A DNA stretch of 64,000 nucleotides, from the NCBI GenBank assembly GCA_018673925.1, contig JABHBL010000096.1, forward strand, positions 84,071-148,070, given 5' to 3'. The position numbers and the translations under genes were made by a program. Below, piece by piece: positions 9,211 through 19,512 of the stretch. The notes below the pieces were generated by a model. It did not search any database. It was not told the DNA's origin and saw only the letters and a list, made by a program, of their open reading frames with translations. Positions within the stretch are counted from its first letter, which is position 1. Every line of letters starts with the position of its first letter. Source of the DNA: Fidelibacterota bacterium. GTDB lineage: Bacteria > Fidelibacterota > UBA8477 > JABMPR01.

Positions 9211-9995
9211 GATAGAATTCCTTCCAGAGGACCAGCCATGGCAATTACTGTGGCGGCACCTAAAATCGTATAAAACCAGAATAGAAAATAAAAAAGGGCT
9301 TTAGCATAATTACGCACAAACCAGGTATCGGCAAACCATTTCACCAGAAGACGGTAGACACCAATGGCCATATGGGCAACCACACTTACCATGAGAATGG
9401 CATAAAGAATCCAGAGTCCACTTTCAACTCGCGCACTGGCGACTTCTTGGGTTAGACCAACTGTTTGGCCATCTACACCCATATCACTAAAAATATTCCA
9501 CATGACCAGGAAGAGATGAAAGGCACCGGTTGCCAAAACGATCATTCCAGTTCTAACCTGAGTAATCCAAAGTGAGGTCTCAAAATGGGAACGCAACTTG
9601 ATGTCAGAATTTGGATCCTGGTTCCATCCCTTACGGGAGTCTTTTAGTTTTTCACCAAGCTCCAGCATTTTTTTTCGTTCGCGGAGTTTTCCAGGAATCT
9701 TGCGTCCTGCCCAGATGAAGTGGATGAAAAACACGATGGTGACGATAAAGATGAGCGGTTGAGCCATGGGGACAGTATGCTCCATGAAATAGGCAACGGT
9801 CTCATAAAGTTCTGCACTCACAAGGATGCTGCTCTCCAGAATGAGGTGACCAAGAATGAAGAAGGCTAGAAAAGCGCCTGTAAGACCACTAATGCGTTCG
9901 TCTCGTAAAGCTTTTTTAGCATTTTTGAAAGCGCTGCTCGTTTTACTGTGCCGAGTTTCTGCTTTCGGGTATAGTTCAGTATCAATACCAGTCAT
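9207..9995 (-). CDS. frdC: Fumarate reductase diheme cytochrome b subunit (5 TM, type B anchor)
   Basis: Four heme-ligand His in Wolinella-like contexts (GHLIL, IHFIWAGRKIP, FHLF, AHMAIGVYRL); first gene of frdCAB. Confidence 0.85.
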   Translation of the reverse strand: MTGIDTELYPKAETRHSKTSSAFKNAKKALRDERISGLTGAFLAFFILGHLILESSILVSAELYETVAYFMEHTVPMAQPLIFIVTIVFFIHFIWAGRKIPGKLRERKKMLELGEKLKDSRKGWNQDPNSDIKLRSHFETSLWITQVRTGMIVLATGAFHLFLVMWNIFSDMGVDGQTVGLTQEVASARVESGLWILYAILMVSVVAHMAIGVYRLLVKWFADTWFVRNYAKALFYFLFWFYTILGAATVIAMAGPLEGILS

Positions 9996-10286
9996 GATAC
10001 CAGCTCCGATCTATGTTTAAAGGCTAGAGTGAATTGCCGTTTCGATTGTAGGTTTAACACAGGGTAAATATCAACTCCCCAAAACAAATTTCAAGTGCGA
10101 AGTATGCCCATCATCCTATCATTTTAGAATTGATGTGGATTAGTCATGATTGCTCAAAGCAAATATTAAACCATCCCCATTCAATTGCCTGAACTATTTG
10201 GTGGTCCGATTAATTCTCGTGTGCATATTAACCATCCCTTATCTATTTTGTGATCATCATTATGCTGATCAAATAAAGGAGCCTGC

Positions 10287-11459
10287 ATGAAAGATCGTAT
10301 GATTTCTCTGGATGTATTTCGAGGTTTGACTGTTGGATTGATGATCCTGGTCAATAATCCTGGAAGTTGGTCCCACATATATGGACCATTGCGTCATGCT
10401 GGCTGGCATGGTTGGACACCCACGGATCTGGTCTTTCCATTTTTCCTCTTTATTGTTGGTGTGGCTATGGCCCTTAGTTTTGGCAAACGCATGGAGGCTG
10501 GTTCTGATGTAGCAGCTCTCAAGAAAAAAGTCTGGTCCAGAGGCGCCATCATCATAGGCCTGGGTCTTTTTCTCAATGGTTTTCCCTTTAACATTCCGCT
10601 CAACGCCCAGATGGCTGCTGACTTTGAGTTCATGGACATACCTCGCCGTCTTCTCACCTTGCGGTATTGGGGCGTTCTTCAGCGAATTGGTTTGAGTTAT
10701 CTCATTGGTGGATTGATCATTCTTTATTTCCCGCGAACCTCATCCAGAATACTGGCTGTGGGAGCTTTGATAGCTATCTATGAGTTCTTTATGCGAGTTC
10801 CTTTGGTGAATGGCTGGGGAGCAGGCAGTTTTGAATTGGCCGATAATTTTATCCGCTATATGGATATCCTGCTTTTTGGCGAAGCACATCTATATGGTGG
10901 TACTGGCGTCCCCTTTGATCCAGAGGGTTTCTTGTCCACACTGCCTGCAGTTGTGACCCTGATGAGTGGGTTTTGGCTAGGGGAGTATTTACGTAAACCT
11001 ATAGACCATCAGGAAAAACTCAGTAACTTAAGTGTCCTCGGAATCATGCTGTTTTTTGCAGGTTCACTCCTTAGTCTGATTGAGCCCATCAATAAGCAGT
11101 TGTGGACAGTATCATATGTCATCACCATGGATGGATTGGCCATCATGATGATTGTTGTATCCTCCTATCTCATTGATGTCAAAAAGATGGATTTCTGGAT
11201 CAAACCAGCCATCGTTTTTGGAAGTAATGCGCTTGTGGTATTTGTGGGATCAGGGATTATTGGCCGCTTGATGTATATGGTGAAAACTACCAATGCTGAG
11301 GGTGATATCATTTCTATCAAGTATGCTTTATACAGTGGCCTTTTTGTACCCATGGCAGGAGACCTGAATGGGTCGTTACTATATGCACTGACCAATATTG
11401 CATTCTGGTTGGCCATCCTGTGGTATTTGTATAGTAAAAAGATTTTTGTTAAGATTTAA
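10287..11459 (+). CDS. HGSNAT/NagX-like (DUF5009) membrane acyltransferase
   Basis: SLDVFRG, NNPGSW, HAGWHG.T.TDLVFPFFLF, GVLQRI, DPEG.LS, PINK.LWT. Confidence 0.9.
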   Translation: MKDRMISLDVFRGLTVGLMILVNNPGSWSHIYGPLRHAGWHGWTPTDLVFPFFLFIVGVAMALSFGKRMEAGSDVAALKKKVWSRGAIIIGLGLFLNGFPFNIPLNAQMAADFEFMDIPRRLLTLRYWGVLQRIGLSYLIGGLIILYFPRTSSRILAVGALIAIYEFFMRVPLVNGWGAGSFELADNFIRYMDILLFGEAHLYGGTGVPFDPEGFLSTLPAVVTLMSGFWLGEYLRKPIDHQEKLSNLSVLGIMLFFAGSLLSLIEPINKQLWTVSYVITMDGLAIMMIVVSSYLIDVKKMDFWIKPAIVFGSNALVVFVGSGIIGRLMYMVKTTNAEGDIISIKYALYSGLFVPMAGDLNGSLLYALTNIAFWLAILWYLYSKKIFVKI

Positions 11460-11498
11460 GAATTCTAGCTAGCTTGACCTTAAGCAATATTATCTGGA

Positions 11499-13058
11499 TT
11501 GGATGACGCTATGAAGCACACTTGCACCGCTCCAAAGCTGATGGGATTGATCATGGTCGTTGTCCTGATATTTTCTTGTGCCAGCCGTCCATCTCACGAT
11601 GTGCAATTTTATGGCCCAGATTTCCAGGTTGAAATCGAGCGCTATCAAAATATGTTGGATTCGAATCTCACATATCTCGAGCGTAACAGTGATCGATTTG
11701 GTATTGACAAGGTGGATCAACATCAAATGCTTGACCGGGCTGCTAAGGCTGACCTCATTTTGGTCTGGGCCAGCGTCCTGGATTATATGGCCCATCTCGA
11801 GATGATCCGTTATACCCACAATGGATTCCTCTTTGATCCAAAAGCCGGGATCAATTTTGAGAGTCTTATCAATTACTATTGGGCTTTTCTGGTTCAGAGT
11901 TCCAGAGCGGTTCATTTTATTCACATAATTGATCGCAATGGGGCACTTTTAACCATCTTGGATGAAGGACATCCAGAATACGGTTTAGAGGCAAATACCT
12001 ACACCCAATTTAAGAGTCATTTTCTAAACGTAAAACAGGCTGCTGAATTTGCTGCCCTACAAATAATCTATCGAGATCAGCGTCCTGATGTCAATCCATA
12101 CTATTCAAGGATAGCCATGCTGGAAGGCTACAATACGAGTCTGGGTATAGATTATGGGGTAAGGATGAGTGTCCGGCATGCTCGGGACGTTATTGAGAAT
12201 CAATCCTTTTCCTGGTGGTACCCTATTCAGAAGAATTTCGCAGAATGGATAGGTCATGTACGTGTTTTTAGGGAAGGTGAAAACCTCATATCCTTTAAGG
12301 ATATATTGGAGATTCAATCCGAGCTAAATCCTGGTGATATTCTGTTCCAGAGACGTGAATGGTATATGACCAATGCTGGTATTCCAGGATACTGGACTCA
12401 TGCTGCTTTCTATGTGGGAGATTCTTTAGAAAGAGCAGACTATTTCGATTCGGATTCTGTAAGAGCCTGGGTGAGAGCTGAGGGGGTTGCAAGCGGATCA
12501 TTTGAAGAATTACTAGAATCGACTTTTCCAGAGGCCTATGCAGGTAACAACCTTCAGCTTGATTCACTGGGAAGCCAAACCGTATTAGAAGCTATTGGGA
12601 AGGGCGTGGTACTCCAATCACTGTCAACTTCCTTGACCTGTGATGGGTTGGGAGTGGTGAGGCCCAGACTATCGAAAGCCGATAAGGCAAAATCTATATA
12701 CAATGCCTTTCAATATTTCGGAAGAGGATATGACTTCAATTTTGATTTTCTCACAGACTCTAGCTTGGTCTGTTCAGAACTGATATATAAGTCATTTGAA
12801 CCGGGAACGGATTATAGCGGTGTACCTTTTATCACGACGGAGGTGGCAGGCAGAGTGATGACCCCTGTGAATATCATGGTAAAGCAGTTTGACCAGGAGC
12901 ATGATTCAATCAATCTTGACTTTGTACTGTTTTATGATGGCAATGAGTTTGAGAAGATGAGCGTTCGCAAAGATGAGGCAGCTTTTCGAGATAGTTGGAG
13001 AAGACTCGGTTTTTACCAGAGCATACCCTCTGATAAATTATTGATGAGCGAGGATTGA
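11499..13058 (+). CDS. Permuted NlpC/P60 (YiiX/YebB-like) papain-like amidase lipoprotein with long N-terminal domain
   Basis: PGDILF...PGYWTHAAFY (His) precedes YDFNF...LVCSELIY (Cys); lipobox IFSC. Confidence 0.8.
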   Translation: MDDAMKHTCTAPKLMGLIMVVVLIFSCASRPSHDVQFYGPDFQVEIERYQNMLDSNLTYLERNSDRFGIDKVDQHQMLDRAAKADLILVWASVLDYMAHLEMIRYTHNGFLFDPKAGINFESLINYYWAFLVQSSRAVHFIHIIDRNGALLTILDEGHPEYGLEANTYTQFKSHFLNVKQAAEFAALQIIYRDQRPDVNPYYSRIAMLEGYNTSLGIDYGVRMSVRHARDVIENQSFSWWYPIQKNFAEWIGHVRVFREGENLISFKDILEIQSELNPGDILFQRREWYMTNAGIPGYWTHAAFYVGDSLERADYFDSDSVRAWVRAEGVASGSFEELLESTFPEAYAGNNLQLDSLGSQTVLEAIGKGVVLQSLSTSLTCDGLGVVRPRLSKADKAKSIYNAFQYFGRGYDFNFDFLTDSSLVCSELIYKSFEPGTDYSGVPFITTEVAGRVMTPVNIMVKQFDQEHDSINLDFVLFYDGNEFEKMSVRKDEAAFRDSWRRLGFYQSIPSDKLLMSED

Positions 13059-13086
13059 CCGGAATGAACGCCCCGGGCATAATATC

Positions 13087-14499
13087 TCAATATTGAAACT
13101 CAAAATTCAGCATCCAGAACTCATGGTCCTCATAACTGATCATCGTCGCGAAACGATCAGGGATGGCTATTAAGCGAATTCCAAATTGCCACTGGATTTC
13201 ATCATTGAATCGATTCCGATGGTACTCTGAACTGATATAATCCAGCTGATTGATAATGCTGATGGCATCACCCATATTTCTGGGGAAGGGGTACCAGATA
13301 TTTGCTAATGAGATTCTACGTTTATCCAAATACAATGACAGATGATTATTCAGCTGGGGAATACCAACCGTTCCAGTAGCGAAAAAGGATGAATGCTGAG
13401 CATAGGGATCTTTGAGTTCGTCCTCCAGTATGGAAAGAAACCGATTACTACCACCATCTACTGTAAGGCGATCATGATTTTCTGGAGAGAATGCTGATAT
13501 ATAGTCAACCCAGCCAAATGCGAGACTGACCTTATAAATTTCACCCCGCTCCGGCAGTAATTGAAGCTTGAGGGTGAGATCAGATTGTTCGATAACCGAT
13601 TCTGTAGCCCATACATTTGTTTCGGCACTAATCAACCAGATGGAAACACCGGTTTTGATGTGACGAATGTCCTCAGTGTCAGGATTCCATCTAGCTGATG
13701 CATAGATCCAGGTTCTGGGTGTGGATGCTGTGGGGGCATCGATCAACTGGTAGCGTGGCTTGATTTTGAGAAAGGCTGCGGACTGACTTTTTATCAGTTC
13801 GACCCTATCTTGCTCCTGTCGGAGTCTGGCTTCATCCATTTTTAATATATGATCGAGGGAATCGATGACGGCTTGTTTTCTGCCTAAAGCCAAACTGTCC
13901 ATGGTAATTTTATGTCGCAGTGAATCTGCTCTAAGGGCCTCCGTGGCCTGATGCTCTAATTCTTGTTTCCGGATATTTGCTTCCAGAGAAATTTGAATCT
14001 CCTGGGTTACCAGACGATGGTACGTAGACTTCCCATAGCTAATCAGACTATAGAAAGTGGAATCATTTGAAAGATGCCTGGTGGTAATTTTAACACTTCG
14101 CAGGTTCATATTGGTGGAGACCAGCGATTCATAGCTGTAATTCTCTTCCAGGCGATCTTTATTCTCTTCAATTTGCTGTGTAGCAATACTTTGTACACTG
14201 ACTTCAACATGTTGAGCAAAACTCAACAAGGCATCATGATCTGCAGCTTCTTGGGATTCAGTGGATTTACCTATCCCATAATAGAGGGTATCAGAGCTGA
14301 GTTCGCCTGTGGTGACCCACTCAAGATTTCCGTTCTGAGGAGTGAGGATATCGTCGATGAGCGTTGTGCCAATGATTTCCTCAAGATCGAAAGGTCGACC
14401 ATGCACAGATCGATCAAATTTCGTTGTATCAGGTATAGGATTACCCCAAGCGATGAGACATGCACCTAAGAGAAGAATTAATGTAAAGCGTTTTAAGAT
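13087..14499 (-). CDS. Exported protein: LPP20-like domain, coiled coil, C-terminal outer-membrane beta-barrel-like region; probable ATC start
   Basis: YGIGKS...AD..AL..FA..V.V.V LPP20-like pattern; LIDAPTA; terminal LNFEFQY; frame open upstream of 14406 to ATC at 14499 with GGAGG 6 nt upstream, giving a signal peptide. Confidence 0.6.
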   Translation of the reverse strand: MLKRFTLILLLGACLIAWGNPIPDTTKFDRSVHGRPFDLEEIIGTTLIDDILTPQNGNLEWVTTGELSSDTLYYGIGKSTESQEAADHDALLSFAQHVEVSVQSIATQQIEENKDRLEENYSYESLVSTNMNLRSVKITTRHLSNDSTFYSLISYGKSTYHRLVTQEIQISLEANIRKQELEHQATEALRADSLRHKITMDSLALGRKQAVIDSLDHILKMDEARLRQEQDRVELIKSQSAAFLKIKPRYQLIDAPTASTPRTWIYASARWNPDTEDIRHIKTGVSIWLISAETNVWATESVIEQSDLTLKLQLLPERGEIYKVSLAFGWVDYISAFSPENHDRLTVDGGSNRFLSILEDELKDPYAQHSSFFATGTVGIPQLNNHLSLYLDKRRISLANIWYPFPRNMGDAISIINQLDYISSEYHRNRFNDEIQWQFGIRLIAIPDRFATMISYEDHEFWMLNFEFQY

Positions 14500-14666
14500 A
14501 AAATGCCTCCGCTGTATGGCATGTATTCTAGTATTTGCTAGTGTTTAAGACAAGGTTTGATTGTCAAAGATAAGTGGTGATGGACACCATTTTGCGCTTG
14601 ATCACTCTAAGGACAATACACCAATTGGGTGCAGGCAAGAATAACGATTTCTTGATCTATTCTTCG

Positions 14667-14695
14667 TTGTGTCATGGGGGTACTTATGTTATGAT
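14667..14695 (+). promoter_or_regulatory. Putative sigma70 promoter of proS
   Basis: TTGTGT-N17-TATGAT with extended -10 TG. Confidence 0.45.
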
Positions 14696-14739
14696 TGCAT
14701 CGCTGTTCCGAATAGGCGGTTCAGGTTTAAACAGAAAGG

Positions 14740-16179
14740 ATGCCCGTTGTGTCAAAAGGGGTAACAAAACAGAGCGAAGATTTTTCAAAATGGTATACCG
14801 ATGTGGTCAGACAAGCCAAGCTGGCGGATTATGGTCCTGTTAAGGGAACCATGGTCATCCGACCGTATGGATATGCGATCTGGGAGAATTTTCAAGGCAT
14901 CCTGAATCAAATGTTTAAGGACACAGGTCATGTAAATGCCTATTTCCCAATGTTCATCCCTGAGCACTTCCTCCAGAAGGAAGCTGAGCATGTTGAAGGC
15001 TTTGCTCCAGAAGTTGCTGTGGTTACTCATGCAGGTGGCAAGAAGCTTGATGAAGCTCTCGTGGTTCGCCCCACATCAGAGACCATTATCTGGAACATGT
15101 ATAAGAAATGGATTTCATCCTATCGTGATCTGCCCCTTCTGATTAATCAGTGGGCCAACGTGGTCCGATGGGAGATGAGAACACGTCTATTCCTACGCAC
15201 AACTGAGTTCTTATGGCAGGAAGGGCATACAGCTCACGCCACACCTGAAGAATCCCAGGAAGAGACCTTGAGGATGCTGGAGGTCTATCGTCGTTTTGCA
15301 GAGGACTATATGGCAATGCCTGTTATCACAGGACAGAAAACAGAAGCTGAAAAGTTCGCCGGCGCTGTCAGTACCTACTCCATTGAAGCCATGATGCGCG
15401 ATACCAAAGCTTTACAGGCTGGTACCAGTCATAATCTCGGTCAGAATTTCGCCAAAGCTTTTGAGGTCACCTTTCAAAGTAAAGATAACAAAGAAGAATT
15501 TGTCTATGCTACAAGCTGGGGTGTAAGTACTCGTCTGGTTGGTGGTCTGATTATGTCTCATGGAGATGATAAAGGGTTGATCCTGCCTCCCAAGGTGGCA
15601 CCCTATCAGGTTGTCATTATTCCTATTTTCCGCAAAGACACCAAAGATATGGTCATGGATAAGGTGGATGAGATTGTGGCTGATTTGAAGCAAGCTGAAG
15701 TCCGTGTCCATGTTGATGATGATGAGAAAAGTTCACCTGGCTTCAAGTTCAATGAATGGGAAATGTGTGGTGTGCCTATGCGGGTGGAGATCGGTCCCAA
15801 AGATATTGAAAAAGGACATGCTGTCGTGGTCATTCGCCACTCTGGAGAGAAACACTTTATTCAGTTGCCCGAGTTGGTGAAGTTCCTCTCAGATCAACAG
15901 GATATTGTTCAGGCTGAATTATTCCAACGAGCCCTGGATTTTCGTGATTCCAATACTCACACTGTTGATAATTGGGATGATTTCAAAGATACACTGGAAA
16001 CCAAGGGTGGTTTTATCAAAGCCTATTGGAATGGATCCGCTGAGGTTGAGGAGAAAATCAAGAACGAAACTAAAGCAACCATAAGATGTATTCCCTTTGA
16101 TCAACCCACAGAGGCCGGTAAGTGTGTTTACACGGGAGAGACTAGCTCACAACAAGTGATTTTTGCCAAGGCATATTAA
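14740..16179 (+). CDS. proS: Prolyl-tRNA synthetase, eukaryote/archaeal-like type
   Basis: [50 protein letters not shown], terminal AKAY; real start may be GTG at 14749. Confidence 0.97.
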   Translation: MPVVSKGVTKQSEDFSKWYTDVVRQAKLADYGPVKGTMVIRPYGYAIWENFQGILNQMFKDTGHVNAYFPMFIPEHFLQKEAEHVEGFAPEVAVVTHAGGKKLDEALVVRPTSETIIWNMYKKWISSYRDLPLLINQWANVVRWEMRTRLFLRTTEFLWQEGHTAHATPEESQEETLRMLEVYRRFAEDYMAMPVITGQKTEAEKFAGAVSTYSIEAMMRDTKALQAGTSHNLGQNFAKAFEVTFQSKDNKEEFVYATSWGVSTRLVGGLIMSHGDDKGLILPPKVAPYQVVIIPIFRKDTKDMVMDKVDEIVADLKQAEVRVHVDDDEKSSPGFKFNEWEMCGVPMRVEIGPKDIEKGHAVVVIRHSGEKHFIQLPELVKFLSDQQDIVQAELFQRALDFRDSNTHTVDNWDDFKDTLETKGGFIKAYWNGSAEVEEKIKNETKATIRCIPFDQPTEAGKCVYTGETSSQQVIFAKAY

Positions 16180-16187
16180 ATATCATA

Positions 16188-16259
16188 GAGGTTGAGCCTG
16201 ACGAAACCTCCTGAAATACATAAATAAGCATTGGGCATTTCGACAAGCTCAATGTCCAA
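16188..16259. repeat. Inverted pair of REP-like GAG-N5-CGA hairpins (copies 1 and 2)
   Basis: GAGGTT-GAGCCTGACGA-AACCTC (+, 16188-16210); TTGGACATT-GAGCTTGTCGA-AATGCCCAA (-, 16231-16259). Confidence 0.75.
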
Positions 16260-16260
16260 T

Positions 16261-16294
16261 TAAAAAAGCCCCACCAACTGGCGGGGCTTTTTTA
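16261..16294. terminator. Bidirectional intrinsic terminator
   Basis: TAAAAAAGCCCC-accaactggc-GGGGCTTTTTTA between convergent genes. Confidence 0.85.
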
Positions 16295-16319
16295 ATACTT
16301 CTCGGATCATTGAATGCTA

Positions 16320-16976
16320 TTAGTGCATCGCTCCCTCGAGACCAAATAGGTCAAAGGGTGGTCTGCTGTAAAAATCATTGAACACAACAACTAGCAAAAT
16401 GGCATAGACTACAAAACCAAATAGAATTAACCATTGTACTTTAGAGGTCTTCTGGATTTCTTGTCTATCCTTCAGCTCGCATACCTCACCTGGACAGTAT
16501 TGCGCCTTATCCTTATAGATCCATGGATACACCTTACATCCCAGACAAATACCAAAGGCTGATTCAAAGAACAGGAAGATGAGACAAATAAAACAGATTA
16601 GGCCTGTGATGGGGCTATAAGAGTTAACCAGAACAATCAAGACAAACATTACAAGCGCCATGGCAATCCCTATATACCATGCAAATTTTTTCTGCTGAGC
16701 ACCTACATATTCAGGGGTTTGATTTCTGACAATCCATCTACCGAGAATGAGAGTAGGGGAGTATTTCGGACTGATAAAAACGCGGATTAACATATCAGTC
16801 AGGAATAAGGTAACTGCATATTTCAGGGGGGTAAAGTTCCCTGATCCTGCAGCTGCTTGAATCGAAAATAACATCACCAGGAAGAGTATCCCGGCGGTAG
16901 CCCTGATTTCACGTTCGTTTAATACTGGGATGCTATATCCTTCAACATCCTCACCAAATTTTATAATTTTACTCAT
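16320..16976 (-). CDS. DUF4395 family membrane protein
   Basis: NEREIRA.AG, KKFAW.IG, FFESAFGICLGC, CPGEVC. Confidence 0.75.
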   Translation of the reverse strand: MSKIIKFGEDVEGYSIPVLNEREIRATAGILFLVMLFSIQAAAGSGNFTPLKYAVTLFLTDMLIRVFISPKYSPTLILGRWIVRNQTPEYVGAQQKKFAWYIGIAMALVMFVLIVLVNSYSPITGLICFICLIFLFFESAFGICLGCKVYPWIYKDKAQYCPGEVCELKDRQEIQKTSKVQWLILFGFVVYAILLVVVFNDFYSRPPFDLFGLEGAMH

Positions 16977-17030
16977 TTTTCCCCCATTTAATTCAGATTT
17001 TATAATTTTTACTAAAGATGATCTACAGTG

Positions 17031-18287
17031 TTATTCATGACGTAGGGATTCGATTGGGTCCAGGCCAGCAGCTTTGTAAGCCGGATATATACCAAACACA
17101 ATCCCGATAAATGAGCAGACACCCAAACCAATAAATACCCAATCGATGGGGATAACTGGAGCCACATTCTTCATAAACAGGGTCACCATATTGCCCACTC
17201 CAATACCAAGCATCACACCTATGACACCACCAATGAGTGAAAGAAAAACTGCTTCCAGTAAGAACTGAAAGAGAATGTTATTCCTTGTGGCACCAATGGC
17301 TTTACGGATACCGATTTCCTTGATGCGTTCACTTACGGAGACTAACATGATATTCATGATACCAATACCTGCTACCACCAGGGCGATGACACTCACTGCT
17401 CCGGCAAACATCTTAATTCCTGCAGTAAATGAGCCAAATGTATCTATGAGAGCATCATTTGAGGTTACTTCAAAATCATTTTCATCCATGGGTCCCAGAC
17501 CTCGGACTATCCGCATTTGATCAATGACTTCCTCTTTAGTTCTATCAAAACTTTCACCATCGGGGGCTTTGATGGATATCCCTAGAGATGTCCATCGACT
17601 TCCATAATATTGTAGATATGAAGTGATAGGGACGATGACAAAATTATCCTGGCTTTGGCCAAACATCTCTCCCTTGCGCTGCAAAGTGCCAATCACATCA
17701 AAACCGATTCCGTTGATAGTAATTGTCTGATTTATTGGATCCTGGAAGGGAAATAACTTTTGAATGACATCCGTACCCAGAATGACAACCCGTCTCCCGT
17801 ATTCAATATCTTCCGGGATAAAATTTCTGCCATAATCAAGTTTGTGATTCAAGGCCTCCAGACCAAATTCGTCTACACCCTGGACACCAACATTGGGATT
17901 GGTTGATTCTTTTTTGAAACGAATGGTCTTACCACCAGTCCCATCCTGGGCACTGACAAATTCAGCACCAACCATCCGATCCCTTAACTCCAATGCCATA
18001 TCATAGGTAATATTTGGTCGGCGCCAATATTTTCGTCGGCTGTTGTGGTCTCCCATCTGAATCACAGGTGATTTCTGGACAAAGATCACATCTGACCCAA
18101 ATACATTCAAACCCGTGTTGATTGATGATTCCAGGGTACGGATGGCAGTCATCACTGCAATAATGGCGAACACGCCAATAACGATTCCCAGGAGGGTTAG
18201 TATGGAACGAAGCAGGTTATCTCGAATGGCTTCAAGAGCCATGAAGAATGCATCGTTTAGTGTCTTTAGTGTGGTTCTTACATACAT
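17031..18287 (-). CDS. MacB/FtsX-type ABC transporter permease
   Basis: RSILTLLGIVIG, GIGIMNIMLVSVSERIKEIGIRKAIGA, LDPIESLRHE. Confidence 0.92.
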   Translation of the reverse strand: MYVRTTLKTLNDAFFMALEAIRDNLLRSILTLLGIVIGVFAIIAVMTAIRTLESSINTGLNVFGSDVIFVQKSPVIQMGDHNSRRKYWRRPNITYDMALELRDRMVGAEFVSAQDGTGGKTIRFKKESTNPNVGVQGVDEFGLEALNHKLDYGRNFIPEDIEYGRRVVILGTDVIQKLFPFQDPINQTITINGIGFDVIGTLQRKGEMFGQSQDNFVIVPITSYLQYYGSRWTSLGISIKAPDGESFDRTKEEVIDQMRIVRGLGPMDENDFEVTSNDALIDTFGSFTAGIKMFAGAVSVIALVVAGIGIMNIMLVSVSERIKEIGIRKAIGATRNNILFQFLLEAVFLSLIGGVIGVMLGIGVGNMVTLFMKNVAPVIPIDWVFIGLGVCSFIGIVFGIYPAYKAAGLDPIESLRHE

Positions 18288-18291
18288 GAAT

Positions 18292-19512
18292 CTACTCGTA
18301 TCTCAGGGCTTCGATGGGATCTAGCTTAGCACCTTTTCGGGCAGGAGCCAGACCGGCAAACAATCCCACACCCGCACTCAGGGCAATGGCCATAAAGGCC
18401 ACACCAAAAGACATATTTGCAGGGAATAAAAACTCACTAATTGCCATACTTATCAGCGTGGAGATGATCAGTCCCACCAATCCACCAGAAGCTGTGATTA
18501 CCATAGCCTCAATGAGAAATTGTCCTTGAATTTGACTTCGTGTCGCGCCAAGTGCCTTCCTCACACCAATTTCTCGTGTACGTTCTTTAACTGATACGAA
18601 CATGATATTGGCAATTCCAATTCCACCAACCAGGAGAGAGAGTGCTGTAATGATCATCCCCGTTCCTCCAATGGCCAGTTTGATCCCCTGATACGATTGT
18701 CGAAAGGCGTTTTGCTGATTGATGGCAAAATTATCCTTTTCCTCTGGTTTAAGACCACGCAATACCCGGACAACACCTCGTAATTCTTCTTTGGCGTCTT
18801 CCACGAGGTGTTCCGGGACCTTCACTGTGATACTCCTGCGCCCCCAGGGACCATGAAAAATTTTGTTAAATGTGGCGAGAGGAATGATAACCTGGGTATC
18901 ATTTGAGAAGGCGCCCATGAATTTCCCCATTTCTGCGAGAACGCCAATAACCCTGAACCGTTTTGAGCCGGCAAAGATCATTTTATCAACAGGATTCCCC
19001 TGTGGAAATAAGGTTTTGGCCACCTCTGAACCGAGCAGTACAACCTGGGCTCCAGTCCTATCCTCAGATTCTGTAAAAAATCGGCCATATTCCACATCAA
19101 CAGTAGATACTTCGGGATAGTTAGATGTAACGCCATGGATATAGATGTTTTCAGCGGATAATTCATTGTAACTCAGGTTGGCGGATCGCCCTCTTTCTGC
19201 GGCAACAACCATGGCGTACTGTGAGCGTTCCTTAATCTCATCAGCCATATCAAGCTCAATACGAGGCCTATTTCTCAAGGTCCACCAGTCTTCGTCACCA
19301 AACCAGGGCCATTTTTCCACATACAGATTTCCGCGGCCGAGGAATTTCATGCTTTCTTCAAAAAGACCATCTACACCATTGATCAATGTGGACATGAGGG
19401 ATACTGCGATGATTCCAATAACAATACCGGTCCCAGTTAAAATTGACCGAGTTTTGTGGCTCCATAGTTCGGAGAGGGCAATGCGTAAGTTTTCCCAGAA
19501 GAAACTTTTCAT
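18292..19512 (-). CDS. MacB/FtsX-type ABC transporter permease
   Basis: [38 protein letters not shown]. Confidence 0.92.
   Translation of the reverse strand: MKSFFWENLRIALSELWSHKTRSILTGTGIVIGIIAVSLMSTLINGVDGLFEESMKFLGRGNLYVEKWPWFGDEDWWTLRNRPRIELDMADEIKERSQYAMVVAAERGRSANLSYNELSAENIYIHGVTSNYPEVSTVDVEYGRFFTESEDRTGAQVVLLGSEVAKTLFPQGNPVDKMIFAGSKRFRVIGVLAEMGKFMGAFSNDTQVIIPLATFNKIFHGPWGRRSITVKVPEHLVEDAKEELRGVVRVLRGLKPEEKDNFAINQQNAFRQSYQGIKLAIGGTGMIITALSLLVGGIGIANIMFVSVKERTREIGVRKALGATRSQIQGQFLIEAMVITASGGLVGLIISTLISMAISEFLFPANMSFGVAFMAIALSAGVGLFAGLAPARKGAKLDPIEALRYE

Noticed and set aside
11490..11924. 144-aa antisense ORF and the many other 60-130 aa overlapping ORFs in the track
   Set aside because: They lie within or opposite well-supported genes and show no recognisable motifs
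14574..14843. 89-aa ORF or T-box-like leader upstream of proS
   Set aside because: Overlaps proS out of frame; no T-box consensus or terminator; a promoter-like sequence sits close to proS
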